Source: Chiloscyllium plagiosum (lineage: Eukaryota). Taken from it: a stretch of 40,294 bases of DNA. The notes under the pieces were generated by a model that saw nothing but the letters and a program-made list of their open reading frames with translations, did no database searches and was not told the origin of the DNA. Location of the stretch: NCBI RefSeq assembly GCF_004010195.1, contig NC_057752.1, positions 7,419,337-7,459,630 of the forward strand, read 5' to 3'. This document shows positions 12,391 to 25,045 of the stretch, piece by piece. Position numbers and translations under genes: made by a program. Position 1 is the stretch's first letter; each line of letters begins with the position of its first letter.

Positions 12391-14107
12391 TGGAGTTATA
12401 AGAGTCAAACAGCACCGAAACAGACCCTTCAGCCCAACTCGTACATGCCGACCAGATATCCTAAACTAATCTAGTCCCATTTGCCAGCATTTGGCCCATA
12501 TCCCTCTAAACCCTTCCTATTCATATAACCATCCAGATGCCTTTTAAATGTTGTAATTGTACCAGCCTCTACCACTTCCTCTGATAGCTTGTTCTATATA
12601 CACACTACCCTCTGTATGAAAACGTTGCCCCTCAGGTGCCTTTTAAATCTTTCCCCTCTCACCTTAAACCTATGCCCTCTACCCTGAGGAAAAGACCTTG
12701 GCTATTCACCTTATCTATGATTTTATAAACTTCTATAAAGTCACCCCTCAACTCCTATGCTCCGGGGAAAATAGTCCCAGCCTATTCAGCCTTTCCTTAT
12801 AACTCAAACCTCGGAAATATAATTGTAAATCTTTTTAGCACCCTTTCCAGTTTAATAACATCCATCCTATGGCAGGGTGACCAGGATTGTACGCAGTACT
12901 CCAAAAGTGGCTTAACCAATGTCTTGTACAGCTGTAACATGATGTCCCAATTTCTGTACTCAATGCTCTGACTGATGAAGGCAAACGTGCCAAATGCCTT
13001 CTTCACCACCTTGTCTACCTAGTTTCAAGGAACTATATACCTGCATCCCTAGGTCTCTCTGTTAGACAGCACTTCCCAGGGGCCTACCATTAACCGTGTA
13101 AGTTCTGCCCTAGTTTGTCTCACCAAAATGCAACACCTTACGTTTATCTAAATTAAACTTAATCTGCCATTCCTCAGCCCACTGGCCCAGTTGATCAAGA
13201 TAACCTTTTTCACTGTCCACCATGCCACAAATCTTGGTGTAATGTGCAAAGTTACAACCCATACATCCTATATTCTCATCCAAATCATTTATATAAATGA
13301 CAAACAACATTGACCCAACACTGATCCTTGCAGCACACTGCTGGTCACAGGCCTCCAGTCTGAACAACAACCCTCTACCACCAGCCTCTGTCTTCTACTG
13401 TCAAGCCAATTTTGTATCCAATTAGCTAGGTCTCCCCGAATTCCATGTGACGTAACTTTACTAACCAGTCTACCATGTTGAAGGACTTGCTAAAGTCCAT
13501 GTAGACAACATCTTCAAGTTTGTAAGGCATGATTTCGCACGCACAAATCCCTGCTGACTCTACCTTACCAGTCCTTGACTTTCCAAATGCATGTAGATCC
13601 TGTCTCTCAGAATCCCTTCCAAAAATCGACCCACCACTGACATTAGATTCACTGATCTAATGTTCCTTAACTTTTCCTTGCACCATTTCTTAAATAATGG
13701 CACAACATTAGCCACTCTTCATTCTTCCAGCACCTTACCCCTGGCTGTCGATGATACAAATATCTCTGCTAGAGGGCACTGCAATTTCTTCCTCAGCTTC
13801 CAACAATATCCTGAGATACACCTGTCCAGATCCTAGGGATTTACTTACCTTCATGCATTTTAAGACATCCAGCACCTCCACTTCTGTAATGTTGACTCTT
13901 TTCAAGACATTACTATTTATTTGCCTGAGTTCCCTAGCTTCCCTGTCTTTGTCCATGGTAAATACTGACAAGAAATATTCATTTAGGATCTCAAACATCT
14001 GCTGTGGTTCCACACATAGATGGTTTAAGGGGCCCTACTCTCTCTCTAGTTACTCTTTTGGCCCTAATGTACCTGTAGAATTTCTTTGGATTCTCCTTTA
14101 CCCTATC
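12391..14107 (-). mobile_element. CR1 (HER1-like) LINE, ORF2 C-terminal half and 3' UTR
   Basis: [41 protein letters not shown]. Confidence 0.9.
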
Positions 14108-14607
14108 NNNNNNNNNNNNNNNNNNNNNNNNNNNNNNNNNNNNNNNNNNNNNNNNNNNNNNNNNNNNNNNNNNNNNNNNNNNNNNNNNNNNNNNNNNNNN
14201 NNNNNNNNNNNNNNNNNNNNNNNNNNNNNNNNNNNNNNNNNNNNNNNNNNNNNNNNNNNNNNNNNNNNNNNNNNNNNNNNNNNNNNNNNNNNNNNNNNNN
14301 NNNNNNNNNNNNNNNNNNNNNNNNNNNNNNNNNNNNNNNNNNNNNNNNNNNNNNNNNNNNNNNNNNNNNNNNNNNNNNNNNNNNNNNNNNNNNNNNNNNN
14401 NNNNNNNNNNNNNNNNNNNNNNNNNNNNNNNNNNNNNNNNNNNNNNNNNNNNNNNNNNNNNNNNNNNNNNNNNNNNNNNNNNNNNNNNNNNNNNNNNNNN
14501 NNNNNNNNNNNNNNNNNNNNNNNNNNNNNNNNNNNNNNNNNNNNNNNNNNNNNNNNNNNNNNNNNNNNNNNNNNNNNNNNNNNNNNNNNNNNNNNNNNNN
14601 NNNNNNN
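14108..14607. other. assembly gap
   Basis: Run of N. Confidence 1.
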
Positions 14608-14660
14608 GGTGTGGACTTGTTGGGCCGAAGGGACTGTTTCCACACTGTAGGGATTCTATG
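14608..14660 (+). mobile_element. 3' tail of an HE1 SINE or CR1 emerging from the gap
   Basis: GGTGTGGACTTGTTGGGCCGAAGGGACTGTTTCCACACTGTAGGGATTCTATGA matches the tail at 874-930. Confidence 0.75.
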
Positions 14661-16055
14661 AAAACTTATGTATTCTATTCACCGTGCATTAAGTAACAAC
14701 GTTCCATTTGCCTTCCTAATCACTTGCTGTACATGTTTATCAAGCTTTTGTGATTCACGTACCAAGACACTCAGATCCCTCTGTACCTAAGGATTCTGCA
14801 ATTTCTCTCCATTTAAATAGTATGCTGGTTTTTGAAAAAAGACTACTTAAAATTGGAAAAGGTACTGCTACATCGTCCATATTATTACTGTCCAGGGAGA
14901 GAGAGCCATAGTCATTCCTGCAGGTGCAATGCAACTATTCAGGGGATTCAGGGGTAAGTCAGTCATGGAACTGCATAAAGATCAGTCTGTGGTTTGGTCA
15001 CTCATCAATTGGAACCATCTTTTGAAGTCTGTCAGAGGGATGGGCCACAGTCAGTCCTGAATAATGACAAGATGTTATAGTATACTAGGCATTAAGGAAA
15101 GAGTAGCACTCCCTTGGACAGGGTTTTAATATAGTAGAGCACTAATGACAGTGTGGCTTCATTCTTGTAACTGCATTTACAATGATAATTGATCAGACAA
15201 GTGATATAAAGTAACAACTTATTTGCAAATGTGAGATTCTATTACAATGAAATGTTACCCATGCCACCTATGTGCCTCAGGAGCTTTTCTTTTTGTTTCT
15301 CTCCCACTACTTGCACTGTGAAGGGCTCTTTGTAGCTGGCAGAAATTAACCTGGAGTACTGCCAGTTTTTAAATATGATGCAATGGATAGTCTGAAAGGT
15401 TCTAACAGTGATGAGCACTTAGGTTACAATCAGTGAGTGCAAGATAGCATAAGAGTGGTACCATAGAGGTATGGTGCATGCGTAATGAGCTGAGCAGAGA
15501 ATTGTGTGAGATAACTCTCTGGAGCTCATGGAGACAAACCCCCATGCAAATCCCTGAATTTGACACAGCTAAGTTTTAGTAAAATTCAGCTCCAATTGAC
15601 TGGTAAAGGAATGTGTACTCTGGCTGATGGAAATGTAATACTCAAACTAGTTAGACAATAAGTACTTATCTCAATGGCATAAAGATATTCAGAAATCATA
15701 AAATGTTTGATTAAATGTTTCTATTATAAGCATTACACTAATATGAGGATTAATCATGTTTACATCTTCATTGGACTTTAAGTGAGCATATAAAAGCTTG
15801 ATTTATAAGCTCATAGTGCAACCTTGTTGATTTTGCAACCGATTGTACCATTCATCACCCCAGTATTTCACTCATAATTCTGATCTGCTTCTCTGTTGCT
15901 ATACCGTTTCCCACACATGCCCTTAATCATTTGACTATTTTTATTTAAGGCCAATATTTGTTGTGAACTTGCAATTTACAATTTTAATTTAAATGTTGTG
16001 AATGCTGATAAGCACAAAGCAGCCAAGCATCAATCTATGATTTTTAAACACTCAC

Positions 16056-16074
16056 CAGGTATATATTCTTCGAG
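16056..16074 (-). other. candidate 19-nt micro-exon
   Basis: Minus strand: ttttttccaaattaacag|CTCGAAGAATATATACCTG|gtgagt, in non-repetitive sequence. Confidence 0.3.
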
Positions 16075-17569
16075 CTGTTAATTTGGAAAAAATGTACAAT
16101 TGATGAGCCAGGTCGTTAGAAAGCAGTCATGGACGTTTATTAGGTCAACTGTGTGTTTCGTCCCAGATGTTTCAAATGGATATATATGCATAAAATAACA
16201 TCAAAAATGTTTATTCAGGAATGCAAAGACATTGTTCATCCCCAAATACTGACACAGTATCACAGAAGGAGTAAAAGTAAATCCTGAACTCCCACTCAGA
16301 AGGAGAGTTAGTTAGACATATGAACATGACAGGGAGAAAAAAGTAAACTGATCCATCAAGGCTGATCAACACGACAATGGCCGAACCATTATGGCTAAAT
16401 AATGCTTCTATTCCCTGGATTCCAATCACCTCGTTAGTGATAAAATAGGTAAGATTTGGCTATATTGTCAAATAAGTGCAGAAAATTTTGTTTTTGTGGT
16501 GAGTTATGGATTCAAAGTGTTCAAAAGGGCGATAAATGAATTCCTATAACTAGAAGACATCAGAAATTGTAGAGGGTGTGGTTTTGTGCCAAGTGATATC
16601 GGTCACCATGGCTTCCTGGGGCTTCCTTGATTGACCTGGGGGGTTGCAGAGGAAGTTGTTTGAGCTATCTACTAAATTGATGTAAAGAGTTTTCTCTATA
16701 ATTTTGTGGAGCTGAGCAGGGGTAAATTAATTGCACCACATCTGGATGCATTGGGTTGAATCAACCATTTGATCTTTTCCTATGCTTTTGTATAATACCA
16801 CTGAAAATACAGCCAATTGCTCTGCATGGAACTTGAGAGCAATGCATGGCCGCATGGTTCAGAGAGAATATTACACCTGACTATACAATTGCAAGCTCTA
16901 TGTGAAATACAGAGACATGTAAAAATGGGTGAAATACCAGGAATTTACAAACAGACAACAGAAATGTGAGAATTCAAGCTTCAGTGTGAACAGCAGATGG
17001 GAGAAAGAATTTCAGAGAGACTTAACATAATTAACACAGCTACATTTTAAGCTTTGAACTGTCTAAAAACCTGGCTGAGGGGAACCAGCTTGCACAAGTC
17101 CAAGAAGAAGGCTCTGAGAAAGTAGCCTCAGAAAGTGTTTTTGACTGAGGAAGGACAAAGAGAAAATGTTACAGAAGCGAAATACTGTTCTGTTGACAGA
17201 AAACCAATGTGAAAGTGCTGAAGCCAGGGAACTAGTGATGAACAAGGGATCTTCTCCCCAAAATCTGCTATCCTGGAGCCCACCTGTACAAGAAACCCCA
17301 TCTATTCAACTACAGATGCTATTGCAGCTGCTGAATCTGACTTCTTGTTTAAGCAGCAAAGACATTAAGCAACGGGTCCTGGTGATACACCACAGAGACT
17401 CACTGGGACTTTTTTCAGAGTAGTATTCTTTTGTTTTATTCTTGGTATGTGTTTCTTTAGTTAATAACTTTATTTCTTCATTCTTAAGGAATCTTCAGTC
17501 AAAGCCTGTAATAAATTAATCTCCAACATGTTTAAACCAAAAGTTTGAGTACTTTAGTAGCTTTTTAAA

Positions 17570-18045
17570 AACTCACTCATGGTACATGGGCACCGCTGGC
17601 TGGCCAGCATTTATTGCACTTCCCTTGTTGCCATCAGAAGGTGGTGGTTTGATCCAGCAACAGTGAAGGAATGGCAGTATATATTCCAAGTTAGGATGGT
17701 GAGTGGCTTGGAGGGGAGCGTGCAGATAGTGATGTTCCCATGTATCTGCTGCCCATGTCTTTCTACATGGATGTAGTCTTAGGTTTGGAAGGAGCTCTCT
17801 AAAGATCTTTGGTGAATTTCTGCAGTGCATCTCGTAGATTGTACACACTGCAGCTAGTGAGCATCAATAGTGGAAGGAGTGGATGCTTGTTGATGTGGTG
17901 CCAATCAAGCTGGCTGCTTTATCCTGGGTAGTGTCAAGCTTATTGAGTGTTGTTGGAGCTGTACCCATCCAGGCAAGAGGGGAGTATTCCATACACTTCT
18001 GACAGGCTTTAGCGAGTCAGGAGGTGAGTTATTCGTTGTAGTACT
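17570..18045 (-). mobile_element. 3' end of a CR1/L2-group LINE (same family as 3545-5345)
   Basis: CTIYEMHCRNSPK parallels DTIYKLHCSNSP at 5112. Confidence 0.8.
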
Positions 18046-19264
18046 TTAACTTGAATGCCCATAAATTTTGAAGGAAAGGGGCTTTATTATTTCAGATCAT
18101 TGACCAGGTTGTGGACACACTTGGTGGTAGTAATAGTTGATTTCAGTTTGAAACTGCAATTCTGGAATGTAAGCAGAAATGTTTTGCATGCCCAAGTAGC
18201 TGTTTGCAGTACTTGTTTTTAAAATCATGTTTCTTTTCCTTTTCTGTTGGGGGTCTCTAGATTTGTAGTAAACCATTCTTCTTTTACTATCTTTTTTTAA
18301 TCTAGAGCAAGACTGTTTTCAGTCTAGTTGGTGAAGCGTCAGCTGCCCCAATTGTTGGTAGTTCAAATCATAATGAACTGGGATTTCTGAGGGTATCAGC
18401 ATCTTTTTTTTTAACTTTTTCAAAGGATCATTAGTTTCAGCATTATGCCTGGTTTGTCAGAGGAGTTGTTGCAAAGGTTCAATGATTTATGCTCAAAGTG
18501 ATAAAAATTTGCTAACTTAGTTGACCATTTGCATTAACCTCTGCAGTTCGTGAATGTTTCTGTGTGATGGACACTCCTTTATAACCTTTGTCTTCTGTAG
18601 GTCTACTGTTACGCCCATTGCATGGACAGTATGCCCTAAGAACTTAATTATAGGCTTTGAGAACTCACGGCTAATGTTCAATGTTAATTCAGTTTCCTAT
18701 TGAGTTTGTAGGATATCTCTTACTCTCTGGTCATGCTCTATTTTTATTGAACCATGGATTAAACTAACATCCATATGATGTAATGTCTTCCATTCCCTCA
18801 ATGATACTTGTTATTGTCCCCGAGAATATGTCAGGTACAGAGGTACAGGTACAAGGATAGACAGTTAAAATAACAGTGGTCAACTTGTGTAATTAGCATG
18901 AATAAAACTGCAGCAGAGTAAGATGAAGGCCAAGTGAGTTAGTGACTACTGCTGGAAATTTGGTTCAAAGTAGAAATTTGGTGCAAAGGGGTCAGAGTTG
19001 CTTTAGCTTAGATTTGTTGCAAGATGTAAACTTTACAGAATGAGAGATAATTGGGAGAGGGTAAAATGTGTGAATCAAGAGACCAATCTGCAATGAAGCT
19101 AGTGGCACAGAGACGTCATGAAGTACAACATGACACAAGTGCAGGGAAAGAAGCTGATTGGTGAGTAGGATGGTGAGTCTTTCTAGTCTTGAAAGTGAAA
19201 GTGAGCTTTTCAGGTTGTGTTGAGATCTCCAATGTTTTGCTTCTCTCTTTTTAAAATAATAACA

Positions 19265-19536
19265 GTCTGAGGGCTGATCAGTGGGAAATGGAATTCAATG
19301 GAAGAATAAGGTGATGCATTTGAGTAGAACAAACAAGGCAGCACTGAAAATTGGAGAGACCTTGGTGTCTATTCACTGGTCCCTTAAGGTAGTGGGACAA
19401 GTAGATAATGTGGTTAAGAAGGCACTTGGGATACTTGCCTTTATTAGCTGGGCCATAGAGTTTAAAAACAGGGATGTCATGTTGGAACTGTATAAAACAT
19501 TGGTCAGGCCACACACCTAGAGTATTGTGTGCAGTT
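19265..19536 (+). mobile_element. CR1 RT C-terminal fragment
   Basis: VVKKALGILAFISWAIEFKNRDVMLELYKTLVRPH. Confidence 0.85.
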
Positions 19537-20090
19537 AGAAACCACAGAAACCATAGAAACGATACAGCACAGAGGGGAGCCGACCAGCTCAACTTATCCA
19601 TGCTGACCCAAAGACAACCAGATGCCCTCTGTAATTCTGCACACAGCTCATAGCCCTGCACCTTACAGCACTTTAGATGTAGATCCAGGTATTTCTTGAA
19701 AGAGTTTAGAGCCTCTCCACCACCAACTCATGCAGCACAAACTCCAGGCACCCACCACTCTCTGTGTAAAAATATTATTCCTCACATCCCCACTAATCCT
19801 TCTGCTGCACAGCTTGAATCTATGACTCCTGGTTTTTGAACTCTCTGCTAAGGGGAATAGATTCCTCCTGTCTCGTCTATCTCTAGTCCTCACAATTTCG
19901 TAAACCTCAATCATGTCATCCCTCAACTTGCTCTGTTTCAAAAAAAAATATAAATCTCCTTGTAGCTACAATTCCCTATTCCTGGCAATATTCCAGTAAA
20001 TTTTCTCTGTGCATTCTCCACAGCAATTACATCCTTCTTGTAATGTGATGATCAGAACTGCAAACAATACTGCAGTTGTGGCCTCTCACA
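19537..20090 (-). mobile_element. CR1 3' end with tail
   Basis: LRDDMIEVYEIVR...TRSHRFKL...FTQRVVGAW; (TTTCTATGG)-type tail. Confidence 0.85.
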
Positions 20091-20164
20091 AGTTAGTTGA
20101 ATAAGACCATAGAGAAGTACTAGAAATTATTTAACTCATAAGTTCATATAAATTAACTAAATAA

Positions 20165-22860
20165 GTCAAGGTGCTGGACAGGTGACGTGCTGAAGCTGTA
20201 TGATGTGGGAGCTGGCTGATCCCATTATGAATGGCAGTGACCACATCTACAACAAGTGTTGGTTGCTGGAAGAACTCAGGATCAGAATTGATGATCTGGA
20301 ATCTGAGTCTCAAACACTGCGGCACATCTGGGAAGGGAAGAGTTACCTGGGCACTTTGTTTCAGGAGGCAGTCACACCCAGTAGATTAAGTAATTCAAAT
20401 TCAGTTAGGGTTAACAGGGTGTGACTGGAAGTGAAGCTGGTAGGGGGATTCTGAGTTCAGGAGTGGAGGAGCCTCGGCCCTTGATCTTGTCCAACGGGTA
20501 TGAGATGGTTGCTCCCTACATGGATGAGGAAAAGGGCTGTGGACAAGATGAGCCATTCCTGTCAGGAATTCCTGATGAAGGGCTTTTGCCCAAAATGTTG
20601 ATTTTCCTGCTCCTCGGATGCTGCCTGACCTGCTGTGCTTTTCCAGCACCACTCTAATCTTGACTCTAATCTGCAGTACCCACCTCTGCCTAGGAAGGAG
20701 GACCTGTTTGGGGATTATCAAGCACTAGGAAGGAAATTGAAGAACAGGTCCTCAAGGGTCATAATCTTTGGATTACTGCCCGAGCCACGTGCTAATTAGC
20801 ATAGGGATAAGAAAATTAGGAAAGTAAACACATGGCTAAGAGATTGGTGTGGGAAAGAGGGATTCCATTTCATGGGACATTGGCATCAGTTTTGGAACTG
20901 GGGGGATCTGTATCGATGGGACGGTCTCCACCTGAGCCAATCTGAAACCAGTGTTCTCGCGAAAAGGATAAATAGGGTGGTCACTAGGACTTTAAACTTG
21001 TGAGTCGGGGGAAGGGAAAGGGAAAGCGACAGGGAGTATGGCGTCAAGTAGAAAGATAAGCAGCAGGTTAGCCTGTGTGCAGGGTTTAAATTCAAGACAG
21101 ACTAGGAATGAAGCAAAAAGGAAGGATAACTTAGGACCTATTACTAGAGATGTTGGAAATCATGAGGATAAGAAAATTAGCATTAAGATGCTTTACCTGA
21201 ATGCTCGTAGTATTCTTAACAAAGTAGAGGAATTAATGGCACAAATCATCATGAATGATTATGATGTGGTAGGCATCACAGAGGTGCGGTTGCAGGGGGT
21301 TCAGGACTGACAATTAAACATCTAAGGATTTATAACTTATTGAATAGACAGGAAGGTGGGCAGAGGGGGCAGGGTTGCCTTGTTAGTTAAGAATGGAATT
21401 AAATCTATAGCACTGATTGACATAGGGTCAGATGATGTAGAGTCGTTGTGGGTGGAGTTGAGGATCCACAAAGGCAAAAAAAACCATAATGGGAGTTATG
21501 TACAGACCTCCTAACAGTGGTCAGGACCAGGGGCGCAAGATATACTGGGAAATAGGTAGGGCATGTGAGAAAGGCAAGGTCACAGTGATCATGGGGGACT
21601 TCGATTTGCAGGTGGACTGGGTGAATAATGTTGCCGGTGGATCCAAAGAAAGGGAATTCATTGAATGCTTACAAGATGGCTTTGTGGAACAGCTTGTGAT
21701 GGAACCTCCAAGGGAGCAGACTATTCTGGACTTAGTGCTATGTAATGAACCAGACTGGAAAAAGACCTTAAAGTAAGGGAACACTTAGGAGGCAGCGATC
21801 ATAATATGGTAGAGTTCAGTCTGCAGTTTGAAAGAGAGAAGGTAAAATTGGATGTAATGGTGTTACAGTTAAACAAAGGTAATTATGAGGGCATGAGAGA
21901 GGAACTGACGAAAATTGACTGGAAGCAGAGCCTAGCGGGGAAAACAGTAGAGCAACAATGGCAGACGTTTCTGAGTGTAATTGAGGACATAATACAGAGG
22001 TTCATCCCAAAGAAAAGAAAGATTACCTGGGAGGGGATTAGACACCCCTGGCTGACAAAGGAAGACTGGAAATGTATCAAAGAAAAAGAGAGAGCCTATA
22101 AAGTAGCCAAGAGCACTGGGAAATCAAAAGATTGGGAAGACTACAAAGACAAACAGAGGATAACAAAGAGAGAAATAAGGAAGGAGAGGATCAAATATGA
22201 AGGTAGGCTAGCCAGTAATATTAGAAATGGTGGTCAAAGTTTCTTTCAATATATGAGAAACAAATGAGAAACAAAAGTAGACATTGAACCGCTCCAAATT
22301 GATGTCGAAGGTAAGGAAATAACTGAAGAACTTAATAAGTACTTTGCATCAGTCTTCACAGTGGAAGACATGAGTAATAGCCCAACAATTAAGGAGAGTC
22401 AGGGGCAGAGTTGAGTATGGTAGCCATTACAAAAGAGAAAGTGCTAGAAAAGCTAAAAGGTCTAAAAATTGATAAATCTCATGGCCCCAATGGGCTACCT
22501 CCTAGAGTTCTGAGGGAGGTGGCTGAGGAAATAGTGGAGGCATTGGTTGTGATCTTTCAAAAATCATTGGAGTCAGGGAAAGTCCCAGATAACTGGAAAA
22601 TCACTGCTGTAACCCCCTTGTTCAAGAAAGGATCAAGACAAAAGATGGAAAATTATAGGCCGATTAGCCTAACCTCGGTTGTTGGTAAAATTCCAGAATC
22701 CATCGTTAAGGCTGAGATTTCTAAATTCTTCTAAATCCGTCCCTGGTCAGATTAGAACAAGTCAGCATGGATTTAGTAAGGGGAGGTCATGCCTGACAAA
22801 CCTGTTAGAATTCTTTGAAGAGGTAACAAGTAGGTTAGACCAGGGAAACCCAGTGGATGT
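20165..22860 (+). mobile_element. CR1 LINE 5' two-thirds: ORF1 (Cys finger, coiled coil, esterase) and ORF2 (endonuclease, RT start); disrupted
   Basis: CxxCMMWE...KCWLLEELRIRIDDLESE; LYLNARSILNKVEEL; YRPPN, MGDFDL, SDHNMV; ENYRPISLTS. Confidence 0.92.
20555..20690 (+). mobile_element. Penelope-like 3' terminus inserted in CR1 ORF1
   Basis: CCTGATGAAGGGCTTTTGCCCAAAATGTTG...CCAGCACCACTCTAATC, with a short palindrome TCAGGAATTCCTGA at its 5' junction. Confidence 0.75.
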
Positions 22861-22862
22861 TC

Positions 22863-23207
22863 AAAGTTTGTGAGAAGATTTGGAGCTCGGGTGCTCATTG
22901 TTGTGGTTCTGTTCGCCGAGCTGGGAATTTGTGTTGCAGACATTTCATCCCCTGTCTAGGTGACATCCTCAGTGCTTGGGAGCCTCCTGTGAAGTGCTTC
23001 TGTGATGTTTCCTCCGGCATTTATAGTGGTTTGCCTCTGCCGCTTCCGGTTGTCAGTTCCAGCTGTCCGCTGCAGTGGCCGGTATATTGGGTCCAGGTCG
23101 ATGTGCTTGTTGATAGAATCTGTGGATGAGTGCCATGTCTCTAGGAATTCCCTGGCTGTTCTTTGTTTGGCTTGTCCTATAATAGTAGTGTTGTCCCAGT
23201 CGAACTG
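22863..23207 (-). mobile_element. Penelope-like element 3' end (GIY-YIG C-terminus plus pLTR)
   Basis: FDWDNTTIIGQAKQRTAREFLETWHSSTDSINKHIDLDPIYRPL; near-identical to 24700-25043. Confidence 0.88.
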
Positions 23208-23227
23208 CAACAACTGACAAGCAACAT

Positions 23228-23704
23228 GAAACTTGGAAGAGTTCAGAAAAGATTTACAAGGATGTTGCCAGAATTGGAGGGTTTGAGCTATAAGGATATA
23301 AGACTGGGGCTATTTTCCCTGGAGTGTCGGAGGCTGAGGGGTGACCATATAGAAGTTTGTAAAATCATGAGGGGCATGGATAGGATGAATAATCAAGGTC
23401 TTTTCCCTAGGGTAGGGGATTCTAAAACTAGAGGGCATAGGTTTAAGGTGAGTGGGAAAAAGCTTTTTCACGTAGTCAGTGGTGCATGTATGGAGTGAAC
23501 TGCCAGAGGAGGCAGTGGAGGCTGGTACAATTACAACATTTAAAAAGCATCTGGATGGGTAAATGAATAGGAAAGATTTAGAGGGACATGGGCCAAATGG
23601 TGGCCAATGGGACTAGATTAAGTTAGGATATCTGGTCGGCATGGATGAGTTGAACTGAAGGGTCTGTTTCCATGCTGTACAACTCTATGACTCTATGACT
23701 CTAA
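23228..23704 (+). mobile_element. CR1 3' end with (CTCTATGA)n tail
   Basis: RVQKRFTRMLPELEGLSY...LGLFSLE...RLRGD. Confidence 0.9.
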
Positions 23705-24145
23705 TTGACGGCATGAATAGAGATTAATGAGTATGATCTTATTGCCATTATGGAGACATAGTCATGATGAGATCAAACCTGGGAACTAAATATTCAGGAG
23801 TATGTGACTTTTTGAAAGGACAGGTAGGAAGGAAAGAGTGGTGGGGTAATATTGTTGGTACAGGATGGAGTAAGTATGATAACCAACAATGATCTTAGAT
23901 TGGAAGACATAGAATCCAGACGGATGCAGGCAAGAAAGAAAAAAGGGCAAGAAGACAATTGTAGAAAAGTTTGTAACCCACTAAGAGTAGCTATGTGGTG
24001 GGATTGAGATAAATCAGGAGTTAATGAGGACATGTAACAAAGGCAGAACATTAATTATGGGTGACATTAAGCTTTATGGAGATTGGGGAAAATCAAATTG
24101 GCAATGTTAGCCATAAGGAAGAATTCATAGAGTATATTCAAGAAA

Positions 24146-25045
24146 TTTGTGTTGCAGACGTTTCGTCCCCTGTCTAGGTGACATCCTCAGTGCTTGGGAG
24201 CCTCCTATGAAGCGCTTCTGTGATGTTTCCTCTGGCATTTATAGTGGTTTATATCTGCCGCTTCCGGTTGTCAGTTCCAGCTGTCCGCTGCAGTGGCCGG
24301 TATATTGGGTCCAGGTCGATGTGCTTATTGATTGAATCAGTGAATGGAGAATTCACCACAAAGGTATATAGGAAAGCCACACACACAGACCAAGTCCTAA
24401 ACTACGAAAGCAACCACCCCAACACACACAAAAGAAGTTGCATCAAGACACTGTTCAAAAGGGCCACAACACACTGCAGTACACCAGAACTGCAAAAAGA
24501 GGATGAAGAACACCTATACAATGTATTCGCCAAAAACGGATACCCCCGCAATTTCATCAACAGATGCCTAAGGAAAAGACAACGGAACTGTTGACAAACA
24601 GGAAGACAGCTAACGATCTGCATCCATGAACACCAACTAGCCACGAAACGACACGACCAGCTATCCTTAGTAGCCAGACACGCAGATGACAAGCAACATG
24701 AATTCTACTGGGACAACACTACTATTATAGGACAAGCCAAACAGAGAACAGCCAGGGAATGCCTAGCGCCATGGCACTCATCCACAGATTCAATCAATAA
24801 ACACATCGACCTGGACCCAATATACCGACCACTGCAGCGGACAGCTGGAACTGACAACCGGAAGCGGCAGATTCAAACCACTATAAATGCCGGAGGAAAG
24901 ATCACAGAAGCGCTTCACAGGAGGCTCCCAAGCACTGAGGATGTCACCTAGACAGGGGACGAAACGTCTGCAACACAAATTCCCAGCTCGGCGAACAGAA
25001 CCACAACAACGAGCACCCGAGTTACAAATCTTCTCCCAAACTTAC
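24146..25045 (+). mobile_element. Penelope-like element: inverted terminal arm, RT thumb fragment, GIY-YIG fragment and pLTR; with TSD
   Basis: TTKVYRKATHTDQVLNYESNHP...NGYPRNFI; GRQLTICIHEH...WDNTTII. About 195-bp inverted arms (24144-24339 vs 24786-24982). TSD ATTCAAGAAA at 24136-24145 and 25046-25055. Confidence 0.92.
24932..24971 (+). ncRNA. minimal type-I hammerhead ribozyme motif
   Basis: GCA-CUGAGGA-U-GUCACCU(AGAC)AGGGGAC-GAAAC-GUC-UGC. An inverse copy lies at ~24154-24193. Confidence 0.7.

Noticed and set aside
13751..14661. Long ORFs of 180-299 aa (also those at 8325-8925)
   Set aside because: Their length comes from N runs translated as X; the real parts are CR1 sequence or its antisense.
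16218..16455. Plus-strand exon ending at the ATAG|GTAAGA donor
   Set aside because: All frames are interrupted by stops and the acceptor is weak; it cannot be supported without RNA data.
19265..20090. Opposed CR1 pieces as a twin-priming inversion
   Set aside because: The tail lies at the internal junction and the overlapping RPxLxYC segments differ, so two separate copies are more likely.
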